Shown here piece by piece: positions 24,773-35,082 of a stretch of DNA of 64,000 nucleotides (positions are counted from its first letter, which is position 1; each line of letters opens with the position of its first letter). The notes under the pieces were generated by a model. That model was not told the DNA's origin. It worked only from the letters and a program-made list of their open reading frames with translations, and ran no database searches. Source of the stretch: Candidatus Rokuibacteriota bacterium (GTDB lineage Bacteria; Methylomirabilota; Methylomirabilia; Rokubacteriales; CSP1-6); the NCBI GenBank assembly GCA_003220345.1, contig QHSC01000101.1:5693-69692 (forward strand). The letters are read 5' to 3'. A program made the translations under genes and the position numbers.

Positions 24773-26653
24773 ATGTCACGACTCGTCTGGCTGATCCCGT
24801 TCCTTCCGCTCGTGGGCACGCTCGTCAATGCCCTCTTCGGCCGGGCAACAGGCGACCGTGCGCACTGGGTGGCGGTGCCCGCGCTGGGCCTCGCCTTCCT
24901 CGTGTCGTGCGCGGTCTTCCTCCGCGTCCTCAACGGCGAGACGTACGTCGGCGAGCTCTTCCCGTGGATCGCCGCGGGCGCCTTCAAGGCCGCCATCACC
25001 GTGCAGGTGGATCAGCTCTCGGCCGTCATGCTGCTCGTGGTCACCGGCGTGGGCTTCCTCATCCACCTCTACTCCGCCGGCTACATGCACGACGACCCGA
25101 GCTACGCGCGCTTCTTCACTTATCTCAATCTCTTCGTGTTCTCCATGGTCATGCTCGTGCTCGCGGGCAACTTCCTCCTCCTCTACGTCGGATGGGAGGC
25201 GGTCGGGCTCTGCTCGTACCTCCTGATCGGCTTCTGGTACGAGAAGCCGTCGGCCACGGACGCGGGCAAGAAGGCCTTCATCGTCAACCGGGTGGGCGAT
25301 TTCGGCTTCGGCCTCGGCATCATGCTGATCTGGGCGACCTTCGGCACCCTAGACTACGGCGCTGTCTTCGCCAATGCCACGGACGCGGTGAGCCAGGGGA
25401 CGTATCTCGCCATCGCGCTGCTGCTCTTCACGGGCGCCTGCGGGAAGTCGGCGCAGCTGCCCCTGCACACCTGGCTGCCCGACGCCATGGAAGGCCCCAC
25501 GCCCGTCTCCGCCCTCATCCACGCCGCGACCATGGTGACGGCGGGCGTGTACATGGTGGCGCGCTGCCACAAGCTCTTCGAGATGGCCCCGCTCTCTCTC
25601 GAGATCGTGGCGTGGGTGGGCGGGCTCACCGCGCTCTTCGCGGCCACCATCGGCCTCGTCCAGACCGACATCAAGCGCGTGCTCGCCTACTCCACGATCA
25701 GCCAGCTCGGCTACATGTTCGTGGGGGTGGGCGTGGGCGCCTACGCGGCGGGCGTCTTCCATCTCGTGACGCACGCCTTCTTCAAGGCCTTGCTCTTCCT
25801 CGGCGCGGGCAGCGTCATTCACGGGCTGGGCGGTGAGCAGGACCTGAGAAAGATGGGGGGGCTCGCCCCGCGCATGCTGGTGACGACGGTCACCGTTTTC
25901 GTGGGCGCGTGGGGGCTGGCGGGTCTGCCGCCCTTCGCGGGCTTCTTCTCGAAGGACGAGATCCTGGCCGCGACCTTCCATGAAGGTCACATCGCGCTCT
26001 GGCTCATCCTGCTTCTGGGCGCGCTCCTCACCGCCTTCTACACGGGCCGGCTCTTTCTCCTCGCGTTCGTGGGCGCCCCCCGGATGTCGAGGGAGCAGGC
26101 GCATCACGTCCACGAGTCGCCGCCCGTCATGACCCTGCCCCTCGCCGTGCTCGCCTTGCTGACGGTGGTGGCGGGCGTCCTCGGCGTGCCGTCGGCGCAC
26201 GGGACGGCGTTCGCGCGCTTCCTCTCGCCGGTGCTGCCTTTCAAGGAAGCCGAGCATGGCGGAGTGACGGCGCTCGCTCTGGCCGCGGTGGCCGTGGTGG
26301 TGGCGGCGAGCGGCGTCTTCCTCGCCTGGCTCATGTACGGGCGCCGGCCCGTCGACCCCGCGACGATCGGGGTGCCGCGGACGGCCGTGCACAAGCTGCT
26401 CCTGAACAAGTACTACGTGGACGAGATCTACGACGCCCTCATCGTCCAGCCCATCTATCGGGGCTCGCTCTGGCTCGCCCGCGTCTTCGACCCCAGGGTC
26501 ATCGACGGCCTCGTCAACGGCGTGGCCGAGATGATCCTCGGCTGGGCCCGCGGCCTGCGCCGTCTCCAGACGGGCTTCGTCATGAACTACGCCCTGACCA
26601 TGCTCGTGGGCGCCGTCGCCGTGATCGCGTTCCTGCTCTTCGCCCACCCGTGA
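24773..26653 (+). CDS. nuoL: NADH-quinone oxidoreductase subunit L
   Basis: 626 aa. Antiporter-like motifs (LYVGWEAVGLCSYLLIGFW, GKSAQLPLHTWLPDAMEGPTPVSALIHAATMV) and the long C-terminal extension typical of NuoL are present. Confidence 0.93.
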   Translation: MSRLVWLIPFLPLVGTLVNALFGRATGDRAHWVAVPALGLAFLVSCAVFLRVLNGETYVGELFPWIAAGAFKAAITVQVDQLSAVMLLVVTGVGFLIHLYSAGYMHDDPSYARFFTYLNLFVFSMVMLVLAGNFLLLYVGWEAVGLCSYLLIGFWYEKPSATDAGKKAFIVNRVGDFGFGLGIMLIWATFGTLDYGAVFANATDAVSQGTYLAIALLLFTGACGKSAQLPLHTWLPDAMEGPTPVSALIHAATMVTAGVYMVARCHKLFEMAPLSLEIVAWVGGLTALFAATIGLVQTDIKRVLAYSTISQLGYMFVGVGVGAYAAGVFHLVTHAFFKALLFLGAGSVIHGLGGEQDLRKMGGLAPRMLVTTVTVFVGAWGLAGLPPFAGFFSKDEILAATFHEGHIALWLILLLGALLTAFYTGRLFLLAFVGAPRMSREQAHHVHESPPVMTLPLAVLALLTVVAGVLGVPSAHGTAFARFLSPVLPFKEAEHGGVTALALAAVAVVVAASGVFLAWLMYGRRPVDPATIGVPRTAVHKLLLNKYYVDEIYDALIVQPIYRGSLWLARVFDPRVIDGLVNGVAEMILGWARGLRRLQTGFVMNYALTMLVGAVAVIAFLLFAHP

Positions 26654-28170
26654 CCCACGTGCTCTCGCTGGTCACGTTTGTTCCGACGCTGGGAGCGGCC
26701 GTCATCTTCCTGCTCCCGCGCCGGAGCGACACACTGGTCAAGGTCACGACACTCGTCACCAGCGTGGTGACCTTCGCTCTGTCGCTGCCCCTCTACACGC
26801 GATTCGACCCCGCCGTGGCCGACTACCAGTTCGTCGAGCAGGCACCGTGGATGCCCACCCTCGGCGTCTCCTATCACCTGGGCGTGGACGGGATCAGCCT
26901 CCTCCTCGTGCTGCTCACGACCTTCCTCATGCCCCTGACCCTCCTGGCCTCGTGGGATTCGATCGAGCGGCGCTGGAAGGAATTCGCCATCACCATGCTC
27001 CTGCTCGAGACGGGGATGCTCGGGGTCTTCCTCGCCCTCGATCTCTTCCTCTTCTACATCTTCTGGGAGGCCATGCTCATCCCGATGTATCTCATCATCG
27101 GGATCTGGGGGGGACCGAACCGCGTCTACGCTGCCATCAAGTTCATCCTCTACACGCTGACGGGCTCGCTCCTCATGCTGGTGGCCATCCTGGCCCTCTA
27201 CTTCCTGCACGGGGCGGCCACGGGCACCTACACCTTCGACCTGCCCGTGCTCGCCCGCTACGTGCTGCCCGCCGGACGCGCGCAGGACCTCCTCTTCCTG
27301 GCCTTCGCGCTCGCCTTCGCCGTCAAGGTGCCCATGTGGCCGTTCCACACGTGGCTGCCCGACGCCCACGTGGAAGCGCCGACCCCGGGCAGCGTGATCC
27401 TGGCGGGCGTGCTCCTGAAGATGGGCACCTACGGCTTCCTGCGCTTCTGCCTGCCCCTGTTTCCCCAGGCCACCCTCGCCTTCGCGCCGTGGATGTTCAC
27501 CCTCGCCGTCATCGGCATCCTGTACGGCGCGTGGGTCTCCACGGTGCAGGTGGACATCAAGAAGCTCGTGGCCTACTCGAGCGTGAGCCACCTGGGCTTC
27601 GTGGTCCTCGGCCTCTTCACTCTCAATCCGCAGGGCCTGGTGGGCGGCATCATCCAGATGGTCAACCATGGGCTCTCCACGGGCGCCCTCTTCCTGATCG
27701 TGGGCATGCTCTACGAGCGTCGGCACACGCGTCTCATCGCCGACTACGGCGGTCTCTGGACGGCCGTCCCCGCCATGTCCGCGCTCTTCCTCATCGTCTG
27801 CCTCTCCTCGCTCGGCCTGCCCGGACTCAACGGCTTCGTCGGCGAGTTCCTGATTCTCGTGGGCGCCTTCCAGGTCCACCGTCTGGCCGCCGTGCTCGCG
27901 ACCGCGGGTATCATCTTCGCCGCCGTCTATCTCCTGTGGATGTACCAGCGCGTGGTCTTCGGCCCCGTCACCCGCGAGGAGAACCGGCGGCTCGTAGACC
28001 TCTCGGCCCGCGAGTGGGTGATCCTGGCGCCCGTGCTCGCCCTGATCTTCTGGATCGGCGTGTACCCGGTGGCCTTCACGAGCAAGACCGAGGCGAGCGT
28101 GCAGGCGCTCATCGCCCAGGTGCAGACCAAGGCGGCCGCCACCACCGCCCTCGTCCCCCGCACTCCATGA
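26650..28170 (+). CDS. nuoM: NADH-quinone oxidoreductase subunit M
   Basis: GTG 26650 overlaps the nuoL stop (GTGA). 506 aa. Motifs FYIFWEAMLIPMYLIIGIWGG and VKVPMWPFHTWLPDAHVEAPTPGSVILAGVLLK are present. Confidence 0.93.
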   Translation: MTHVLSLVTFVPTLGAAVIFLLPRRSDTLVKVTTLVTSVVTFALSLPLYTRFDPAVADYQFVEQAPWMPTLGVSYHLGVDGISLLLVLLTTFLMPLTLLASWDSIERRWKEFAITMLLLETGMLGVFLALDLFLFYIFWEAMLIPMYLIIGIWGGPNRVYAAIKFILYTLTGSLLMLVAILALYFLHGAATGTYTFDLPVLARYVLPAGRAQDLLFLAFALAFAVKVPMWPFHTWLPDAHVEAPTPGSVILAGVLLKMGTYGFLRFCLPLFPQATLAFAPWMFTLAVIGILYGAWVSTVQVDIKKLVAYSSVSHLGFVVLGLFTLNPQGLVGGIIQMVNHGLSTGALFLIVGMLYERRHTRLIADYGGLWTAVPAMSALFLIVCLSSLGLPGLNGFVGEFLILVGAFQVHRLAAVLATAGIIFAAVYLLWMYQRVVFGPVTREENRRLVDLSAREWVILAPVLALIFWIGVYPVAFTSKTEASVQALIAQVQTKAAATTALVPRTP

Positions 28171-29428
28171 CGGACGTGCTCGCCGGACTGGTCGCGATCG
28201 CGCCGGCCCTCGTCCTCACGCTGACGGGCTTCGCGCTCATGGCCCTCGATCTCCTGCCCCCGCGCGGTCGGCGCGAGCATCTGGGGTTCGTGGGGCTGGC
28301 CGGCGTGGTCGCCGCCCTCGTGACCACCGTGCTCCTGTGGGGCTCCGACGTCTCGGCCTTCCGCGGCATGGTCGTCCTCGACAATTTCGCCCTCTTCTTC
28401 AACCTCGTCATCGGCTACGCCACCGGGCTCGTGCTCCTGCTGTCCATGGACTACCTGCGACGATGTCGCTGTCCCTCTACGTGCTCGCGGGCTTCTTCCG
28501 CTCGCGCATCGAGGCGGGCGAGGCGTCCATGAAGTACTTCTTGCTGGGCGCGTTCGCCTCCGGCTTCTTCGTGTACGGGATCGCCCTCATCTACGGCGCC
28601 ACGGGCTCGACCAACCTCGACAAGCTCGGGGTGGCCGTGGCGGCCGGAGCGGGGCGCGATCCCCTCCTCCTCATCGGCTTCGGCCTTCTCGTGGTGGGCT
28701 TCGGCTTCAAGATCTCCTCGGTGCCCTTCCACATGTGGACGGCCGACGTCTACGAGGGAGCGCCCACCTCCGTGACCGCCCTCATCGCCACCGGCTCAAA
28801 GGCGGCGGCCTTCGCGGCGTTCCTCCGCCTGCTCCTGGCCTCCCTCCGTCCCGTGCAGGCGGACTGGGCGGTGCTCCTCTGGGGCATGGCGGTGCTGAGC
28901 ATGACGGTGGGCAACGTGATCGCCCTCGCCCAGCAGAACCTCAAGCGCATGCTCGCCTTCTCCTCCATCGCCCACGTGGGCTACATCCTGGTGGGGATCG
29001 TGGCGGGCGGGGCCCTCCTCGAGCGGGGCGGGGAAGAGGCGGTGCGTATCGAGGACACCGCGGGGCTCGCGAACCGTCACCCGCTGCTCGGCCTCGCCCT
29101 GACGATCTTCCTGCTCTCGCTGATCGGGATCCCGCCCACGGCGGGATTCGTCGGCAAGTTCTACCTCTTCGGCGCCGCCGTGCGCTCCGGGTACTACTGG
29201 CTCGCCGTCATCGGGGTGCTCAACTCGGCCATCGCGGCTTACTACTACCTCCGCGTGATCGTGAGCATGTACATGCGCGAGCCCGAGGGAACGCCCACCT
29301 CCGTCGTCCCGTCCTTCGCGGGCGCCCTCGCCCTCGTGGTCGCCCTGTGGGGGGTCGTGCAGCTGGGCCTGTTGCCAGCTCCCCTCTTCGACCTCGCTCA
29401 GTCGGCGGTTCTCCCGCTTCTCCGCTAG
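28167..29428 (+). pseudogene. nuoN: NADH-quinone oxidoreductase subunit N, frameshifted with apparent internal deletions
   Basis: The N-terminal part (ATG 28167, ATGA overlap with nuoM) reads ...LLLSMDYLRR, then leaves the NuoN frame near 28458-28463. NuoN sequence resumes in another frame at MSLSLYVLAGFF (28463). The span is 1262 nt, not a multiple of 3. The TM4/TM5 segment (the GLE motif) and a TM11-like segment (between GIVAG and ALLERGGEE, near 29005-29015) appear to be missing. Confidence 0.7.
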
Positions 29429-30207
29429 TGGCGGTTCGATTTCCGTATCGCGGCTGGCTCGTTGACCTGGATGGAACCGTCTATCTGGGCGAGCAGCTCG
29501 TCGACGGCGCGGCGGAGGCGATCGCCTCGCTGCGCGCGGAGAAGCGGCGCGTCGCCTTCCTGTCGAACAAGCCCCTCCAGACGCGCGAGGAGTACGCGGC
29601 CAAGCTGACGCGGCTGGGGATTCCCGCCTCGGCCGACGACGTCATCAACTCCTCCCTCGTGCTCGCCCGCCACCTGCGCGCGCTCGACCCCGGCGCCCCC
29701 GTGTTCGTGATCGGGGAGCCGCCCATGCAGGCCGAGATGCGCGCGCACGGTTTCGAGGTGCGCGAGGACGCAGGCGTGCGATGGGTGGTGATCGCCTTCG
29801 ACCGCACCTTCACCTACGCGAAGCTGAACACCGCGCTGCAGGCGGTGCGGGGCGGCGCCCGTCTCATTGCGACGAATCCCGACCGCACCTGTCCGGTGGA
29901 GGGCGGGGAGATCCCGGACTGCGCGGGCATGATCGCGGCCGTGGAGGCGGTGACCGATCAAACCGTGGAGATCGTGGTGGGCAAGCCCTCGCCCATCATC
30001 CTCGAGGTGGCGCTGGCCGCCCTCGGCTGCGCGCCCGCCGAGTCCGTGATCGTGGGCGATCGCCTCGAGACCGACATGCTCATGGGCCGCCGCCTCGGGC
30101 TGGCGACCATTCTGGTGCTCTCCGGAGTGACGCGTCCCGGCGATCCCCGAATCGCCGCGACCGCTCCGGACCACGTGCTACGATCGATCCGGGAGCTCGC
30201 GGAGTGA
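29428..30207 (+). CDS. HAD-superfamily subfamily IIA hydrolase (NagD/phosphoglycolate-phosphatase-like sugar phosphatase)
   Basis: GTG 29428 overlaps the nuoN TAG. Motifs WLVDLDGTVYLG (DxD), FLSNK, GKPSP and VGDRLETD are present. Confidence 0.85.
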   Translation: MAVRFPYRGWLVDLDGTVYLGEQLVDGAAEAIASLRAEKRRVAFLSNKPLQTREEYAAKLTRLGIPASADDVINSSLVLARHLRALDPGAPVFVIGEPPMQAEMRAHGFEVREDAGVRWVVIAFDRTFTYAKLNTALQAVRGGARLIATNPDRTCPVEGGEIPDCAGMIAAVEAVTDQTVEIVVGKPSPIILEVALAALGCAPAESVIVGDRLETDMLMGRRLGLATILVLSGVTRPGDPRIAATAPDHVLRSIRELAE

Positions 30208-31829
30208 CCAGGCTGTCGGGAATCGATGAAGGCACGTTCGACGCCGTCGTCATCGGCGGCGGGATGGCGGGAGCGGGCGTCGCGCGCGACCTTGCCCTGC
30301 GCGGCGCCTCCGTCGCCCTCTTCGAAAAGGGCGACTTCGCCTCCGGGACCTCCTCTAAGTCCTCCAAGCTCATTCATGGCGGCCTGCGCTACCTGGAGCT
30401 GGCCGAATTCCGGCTGGTGCGCGAGTCCCTGCGCGAAAAGAAGACGCTGGAGCGCCTGGCCCCACACCTCGTCCGCCCGCTTCCCTTCCTCGTGCCCGTG
30501 TACCGCGGCTCGAAGCGCGGGCTCATCACGGTGCGCATCGGCATGTGGCTCTACGACCTCCTCACGCCGGGCAAGCAGACCGAGCGCTTCCGCGTCGTCC
30601 CGCCCGTGGAGGCCCTCGCCCTCGAGCCCTCGATCCAGGCCGCGGATCTGCGCGGCGCCGGCTACTACTTCGACGACCTCCTGCTCTTTCCCGAGCGGCT
30701 CTGCCTGGAGAACGCGCTGTCCGCGGCCCGTCACGGGGCCCGCGTGCACAACTACTGCGAGGTGGAGGAGGTGACGCGAGGCCCCCGCGGGCTCGACGGC
30801 GTGCGGGTGCGCGATCTCCTGACCGGGCAGGTGCACACGGCTCGCGCTCCCGTCATCGTCAACTGCGCGGGGCCGTGGGTCGATCGCCTGCGCGAGCTGG
30901 CGGGCGTGCGCGAGGCGGGCGCGCGGGTGCTCCGGACCACCAAGGGCATCCACTGCCTGCTGCCCCGCATGACGGAGCACGCCGTCTATCTCTCGACCGC
31001 CGACGACCGGATGATCTTCGTGATCCCGTGGCGCCAGTTCTCCATGGTCGGCACCACCGACACCGACTTCGACGGCGATCCCGACCGGCTCTGGGCCACG
31101 CGCGAGGAGGTCGAGTATTTGCTGGGGGCCGTGCGCCCGGCCCTGCCGGACCCTCGCGTGACCCTCGACCAGGTCGTGTACACGTATGCGGGAGTCCGGC
31201 CGCTGGCCTTCGAGGAGGGCTCCTCCGCCTCCAGGGTCTCCCGCGACCACAAGGTCGTGGTCGAGGGAGACGGGGGACGGTTTCTCTCCATCACGGGAAC
31301 GAAGCTGACCTGCTTCCGCAGCCTCGCCGAAGAGGTGGGTGACCGCGTCATGCGGGCGCTCGGACGCCGCGTCCCCTCGCGCACCGCGGAGCTGACCCTC
31401 GACGGGCTCGACGACGAGGCGGGCAAGATCGAGGCGCGGACGTGGATGGACGTGTCCGAGGAGATGGCGGCTACCGGTCTCTCGCGCGAGACGCTCGAGA
31501 TCCTCGTCGAGACGTACGGGCGCGGCTTCGCGCGGGTGCTCGCGCTCCTGCGCAAGCCACCCGACGGCGCCGAGCGGCTCTGCCCGCGAAACCCGGAAAT
31601 CGTGGCCCAGCTCCACCACGCCGTCCGGGAGGAGATGGCCGTCTCCCTCCAGGATTTTCTCCTGCGCCGCACGGGCATCGGCCAGAGCCCGTGCCTGGGC
31701 CTCGACTGCTTCGAGTCCGTGGGCCGCCGCATGGGCGAGCTCGCCGCCTGGTCGCCCCGGCGTCTCCAGGCGGAGCTCGAGGCCTATCAGGCCCAGGTCG
31801 AGCGCAGCCTCAAGTTCCGGCACGTCTGA
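30204..31829 (+). CDS. glpD: FAD-dependent glycerol-3-phosphate dehydrogenase
   Basis: GTG 30204 (GTGA overlap). Motifs FDAVVIGGGMAGAGVARDLALRG and GTSSKSSKLIHGGLRYLE are present. 541 aa. Confidence 0.88.
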   Translation: MTRLSGIDEGTFDAVVIGGGMAGAGVARDLALRGASVALFEKGDFASGTSSKSSKLIHGGLRYLELAEFRLVRESLREKKTLERLAPHLVRPLPFLVPVYRGSKRGLITVRIGMWLYDLLTPGKQTERFRVVPPVEALALEPSIQAADLRGAGYYFDDLLLFPERLCLENALSAARHGARVHNYCEVEEVTRGPRGLDGVRVRDLLTGQVHTARAPVIVNCAGPWVDRLRELAGVREAGARVLRTTKGIHCLLPRMTEHAVYLSTADDRMIFVIPWRQFSMVGTTDTDFDGDPDRLWATREEVEYLLGAVRPALPDPRVTLDQVVYTYAGVRPLAFEEGSSASRVSRDHKVVVEGDGGRFLSITGTKLTCFRSLAEEVGDRVMRALGRRVPSRTAELTLDGLDDEAGKIEARTWMDVSEEMAATGLSRETLEILVETYGRGFARVLALLRKPPDGAERLCPRNPEIVAQLHHAVREEMAVSLQDFLLRRTGIGQSPCLGLDCFESVGRRMGELAAWSPRRLQAELEAYQAQVERSLKFRHV

Positions 31830-31955
31830 TTCGTGCTATAGTCCGACCCGCTTGGCGCGGCGATGCGCAAAAGTCACGAGCCCGCAACCCCGGCGAGACG
31901 AGGCGAAGGTAGCATGACCGGCGTCTCGGACCCATTTCCCACGAGGAGGACGGCC

Positions 31956-33287
31956 ATGCCTCGCACCACGACTATCTGGCGGTCGATCACTGGGGCCGTC
32001 GCCCTCTCGGTCCTGGTCGCCCTCGCGCCGTCACCCGCCTCAGCCAAGACGGAGATCCAGTTCTGGCATGCCATGACGGGCCAGCTCGGTGACGCGACCA
32101 ACGAGCTGGCCAAGCAATTCAACGAGAGCCAGTCCGAGTACGAGGTCAAGCCGCTCCGCAAGGGCACGTATCCGGAGACCCTGACCGCGGCCATCGGCGC
32201 CTACCGGCAGCGCCAGGCCCCGAACATCGTCCAGGTCTTCGAGGTCGGCACCCAGACCATGATGCTTTCGGGCGCCATCCATCCGGTCTACCAGCTCTTC
32301 AAGGAGCAGGAGATCGCCATGGACTGGAAGGACTTCATCGCGCCCGTGGTGGGCTACTACTCGAAGGACGGCAACCTCTACTCCATGCCGTTCAACTCGT
32401 CGACGCCGATCTTCTACTACAACAAGGACGTCTTCCAGAAGGCGGGGCTGGATCCCGCCAAGCCGCCGCAGACCTGGAAGCAGGTCGAGGAGTACTCGAA
32501 GAAGATCATCGCCTCGGGAGCGGCCAAGTGCGGCTTCTCCACGGGCTGGCCGTCCTGGACGATGGTGGAGAACATGCACGCCTGGCACGACCAGCCCTTC
32601 GCGACCAGGCGGAACGGGTTCGACGGCCTGGACGTGCAGCTCCTCATCAACAAGGAGTTCGGCGTCAAGCACATCGGCCAGCTTGCCGCCTGGCAGAAGG
32701 ACAACGTCTACTCCTACGGCGGGCGGACGGGCACGGCCGATCCGAAGTTCGTCAACGGCGAGTGCGCCATGTACATCCAGTCCTCGGCGCTGATCGGCGG
32801 GTTCGGCCGCGGCGTCAAGTTCGCGTGGGGCACGGGTCAGCTGCCGCACTGGGGCCCGCCCTACACCAAGGCCACCTCCATCATCGGGGGCGCCACCCTC
32901 TGGGTCATGAAGGGCAAGCCCGCCAACGAGAACCGCGGGACGGCGCGGTTCCTCAAGTTCATCTCCGAGACGAACCAGCAGATGTGGTGGCACGTGACCA
33001 CCGGCTATCTCGCCATCTCGAACAGCGCGGTGAAGAATCTCGAGGCGGGCTACCACTTCAAGAAGAACCCGGACCAGTGGACGGCCTTCGCCCAGCTGAC
33101 CAAGGGCAAGGCCACTCCCAATAGCCAGGGGCTGCGCCTGGGCAATTTCGTCCAGATCCGCGACGTCATCGAGGGTGAGCTCGAGAACATCTTCGCGGGG
33201 AAGAAGACGGCCAAGCAGGGTCTGGACGACGCCGTGACCAAGTCCAACGACCTCCTCAAGGAGTTCGCGGCCGCCAACAAGCAGTAG
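31956..33287 (+). CDS. ugpB: sn-glycerol-3-phosphate ABC transporter substrate-binding protein
   Basis: ATG 31956 is 5 nt after AGGAGGA. Signal peptide ...APSPASAKTEIQFWHAM. Family-1 SBP of UgpB-like length, in context with ugpA and ugpE. Confidence 0.85.
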   Translation: MPRTTTIWRSITGAVALSVLVALAPSPASAKTEIQFWHAMTGQLGDATNELAKQFNESQSEYEVKPLRKGTYPETLTAAIGAYRQRQAPNIVQVFEVGTQTMMLSGAIHPVYQLFKEQEIAMDWKDFIAPVVGYYSKDGNLYSMPFNSSTPIFYYNKDVFQKAGLDPAKPPQTWKQVEEYSKKIIASGAAKCGFSTGWPSWTMVENMHAWHDQPFATRRNGFDGLDVQLLINKEFGVKHIGQLAAWQKDNVYSYGGRTGTADPKFVNGECAMYIQSSALIGGFGRGVKFAWGTGQLPHWGPPYTKATSIIGGATLWVMKGKPANENRGTARFLKFISETNQQMWWHVTTGYLAISNSAVKNLEAGYHFKKNPDQWTAFAQLTKGKATPNSQGLRLGNFVQIRDVIEGELENIFAGKKTAKQGLDDAVTKSNDLLKEFAAANKQ

Positions 33288-33310
33288 GTCGCGGACGGGC
33301 GGGCGGCGTC

Positions 33311-34195
33311 ATGCAACGGACGGTCTTCCGGAGTTGGTGGCTGCCATACGTGCTGGTCTTTCCCCAGATGGCGGTGACCGTGGTCTTTTTCTTCTGGCCC
33401 GCCCTCAAGTCCCTCCAGCTCTCCGTGTACCGCGTCTCGCCCTTCGGCGACACCATGACCTTCATCGGCCTGGAGAACTTCACCAAGCTGCTCGCCGATC
33501 CCGAGTACTACCGGAGCGTGGCCAACTCCCTCGTCTTCGCGGCGGGGGTGACGGTGCTGGCGGTGGCGGGGGCGCTCGTGCTCGCCGCCCTCGCCACCCA
33601 GAAGATCCGGGGCCTGGCCGCCTACCGGACGCTCCTCCTCTGGCCCTACGGCATCGCGCCCGCAGTGTCGGGCATCATCTTCCTCTTCATCTTCCATCCC
33701 ACCTACGGTGTGCTGACGTACTTCCTCTCCTTCGTGACGGCCTACGAGTTCAACTGGCTCCTCAAGGGTTGGGTGGCCATGACGCTGGTCATCGCGGCCA
33801 CGGCGTGGACGCACCTTGGCTACAACATCGCCTTCTACATCGCCGGGCTCCTCGCCATCCCCGGCGCCGTGATGGAGGCGGCGGACGTGGACGGGGCAGG
33901 GCCGGTGCGCCGCTTCCGCTCCATCGTCTTTCCCCTCGTCTCGCCCATCACGTTCTACCTCGTGGTGCTCAACATGGTGTTCGCGTTCTTCGAGTCCTTC
34001 GGCGTCATCGACGCCGTCACCAAGGGCGGACCTGGTGATTCGACCATGATCATGGTCTACAAGCTCTACAAGGACGGGTTCATCGGCCTGAACCTCGGCT
34101 CCTCCGGGGCCCAGTCGGTGATCCTGATGGCCCTCGTCATCGGCCTGACCATGCTCCAGTTCCGCTTCGCCGAGAAGAAAGTCACCTACCGATGA
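33311..34195 (+). CDS. ugpA: sn-glycerol-3-phosphate ABC transporter permease
   Basis: 294 aa with 6 TM helices. EAA-loop region AMEAADVDGAGPVRRFRSIVFPL is present. Confidence 0.85.
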   Translation: MQRTVFRSWWLPYVLVFPQMAVTVVFFFWPALKSLQLSVYRVSPFGDTMTFIGLENFTKLLADPEYYRSVANSLVFAAGVTVLAVAGALVLAALATQKIRGLAAYRTLLLWPYGIAPAVSGIIFLFIFHPTYGVLTYFLSFVTAYEFNWLLKGWVAMTLVIAATAWTHLGYNIAFYIAGLLAIPGAVMEAADVDGAGPVRRFRSIVFPLVSPITFYLVVLNMVFAFFESFGVIDAVTKGGPGDSTMIMVYKLYKDGFIGLNLGSSGAQSVILMALVIGLTMLQFRFAEKKVTYR

Positions 34196-35082
34196 GCGCC
34201 GTCGGCGCGGGGCAGCTCGAGCGGGTGCGCGTCGGCGCGGTGGCGGCGCCGCGGAAGAAGCCTTTCCTGTGGAACGCCGTGATCATCCATGCGCTGCTCA
34301 TCGCCTGCATCGCCGTGGTTGTCTTTCCCCTGTACTACGCCTTCGTCATCTCCACCCAGGACGTCCAGGAAGTGGTCCAGCGCCCGCCGCGGTTGGTTCC
34401 GTCCTCGCACCTCCTCGAGAACTACGCCCAGGCCTGGCGCAAGGCCCACATGGGCCGCATGCTCCTGAACAGCCTGGTCATGGCGGTCGCGGTGGCCGTG
34501 GGCAAGATCGTCATCTCCATGCTCTCGGCCTTCGCCATCGTCTACTTCGATTTCCGTGGGCGCATGCTCTGCTTCTGGATGATCTTCGTCACCCTCATGC
34601 TGCCGGTGCCGGTGCGCCTCATGTCCACGTACGAGGTCATCGGCACCCTCGGCTGGATCAACACGTATCAGGGGCTGGCCATCCCGCTCATGGCCTCGGC
34701 TACCGCCACCTTCCTCTTCCGCCAGTTCTACCTGACCATTCCCAACGAGCTGGCGGAGGCCGCGCAGCTCGACGGCGCCGGGCCCATCCGCTTCCTCTTC
34801 CAGTTCCTCCTGCCCCTGTCGTGGGCGAACATCGCCGCGCTCTTCGTGGTGCTCTTCATCTTCGGCTGGAACCAGTACCTGTGGCCGCTCCTCATCACCA
34901 ACACCGAGGCGATGCGGACCGTGGTCATCGGCCTCGAGGAGCTGATCCCGCGCAGCGGCACCGAGCTGCCCACCTGGAACCTCATCATGGCCGGCGCCAT
35001 GATGGCCCTCCTGCCTCCCGTGGCCATCATCATCTTCATGCAGCGCTGGTTCGTGAAGGGCCTCATCGAGAGCGAGAAATGA
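34192..35082 (+). CDS. ugpE: sn-glycerol-3-phosphate ABC transporter permease
   Basis: ATGA overlap with ugpA. EAA loop LAEAAQLDGAGPIRFLFQFLLPL is present. The stop TGA 35080-35082 lies inside the head of the downstream repeat. Confidence 0.85.
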   Translation: MSAVGAGQLERVRVGAVAAPRKKPFLWNAVIIHALLIACIAVVVFPLYYAFVISTQDVQEVVQRPPRLVPSSHLLENYAQAWRKAHMGRMLLNSLVMAVAVAVGKIVISMLSAFAIVYFDFRGRMLCFWMIFVTLMLPVPVRLMSTYEVIGTLGWINTYQGLAIPLMASATATFLFRQFYLTIPNELAEAAQLDGAGPIRFLFQFLLPLSWANIAALFVVLFIFGWNQYLWPLLITNTEAMRTVVIGLEELIPRSGTELPTWNLIMAGAMMALLPPVAIIIFMQRWFVKGLIESEK

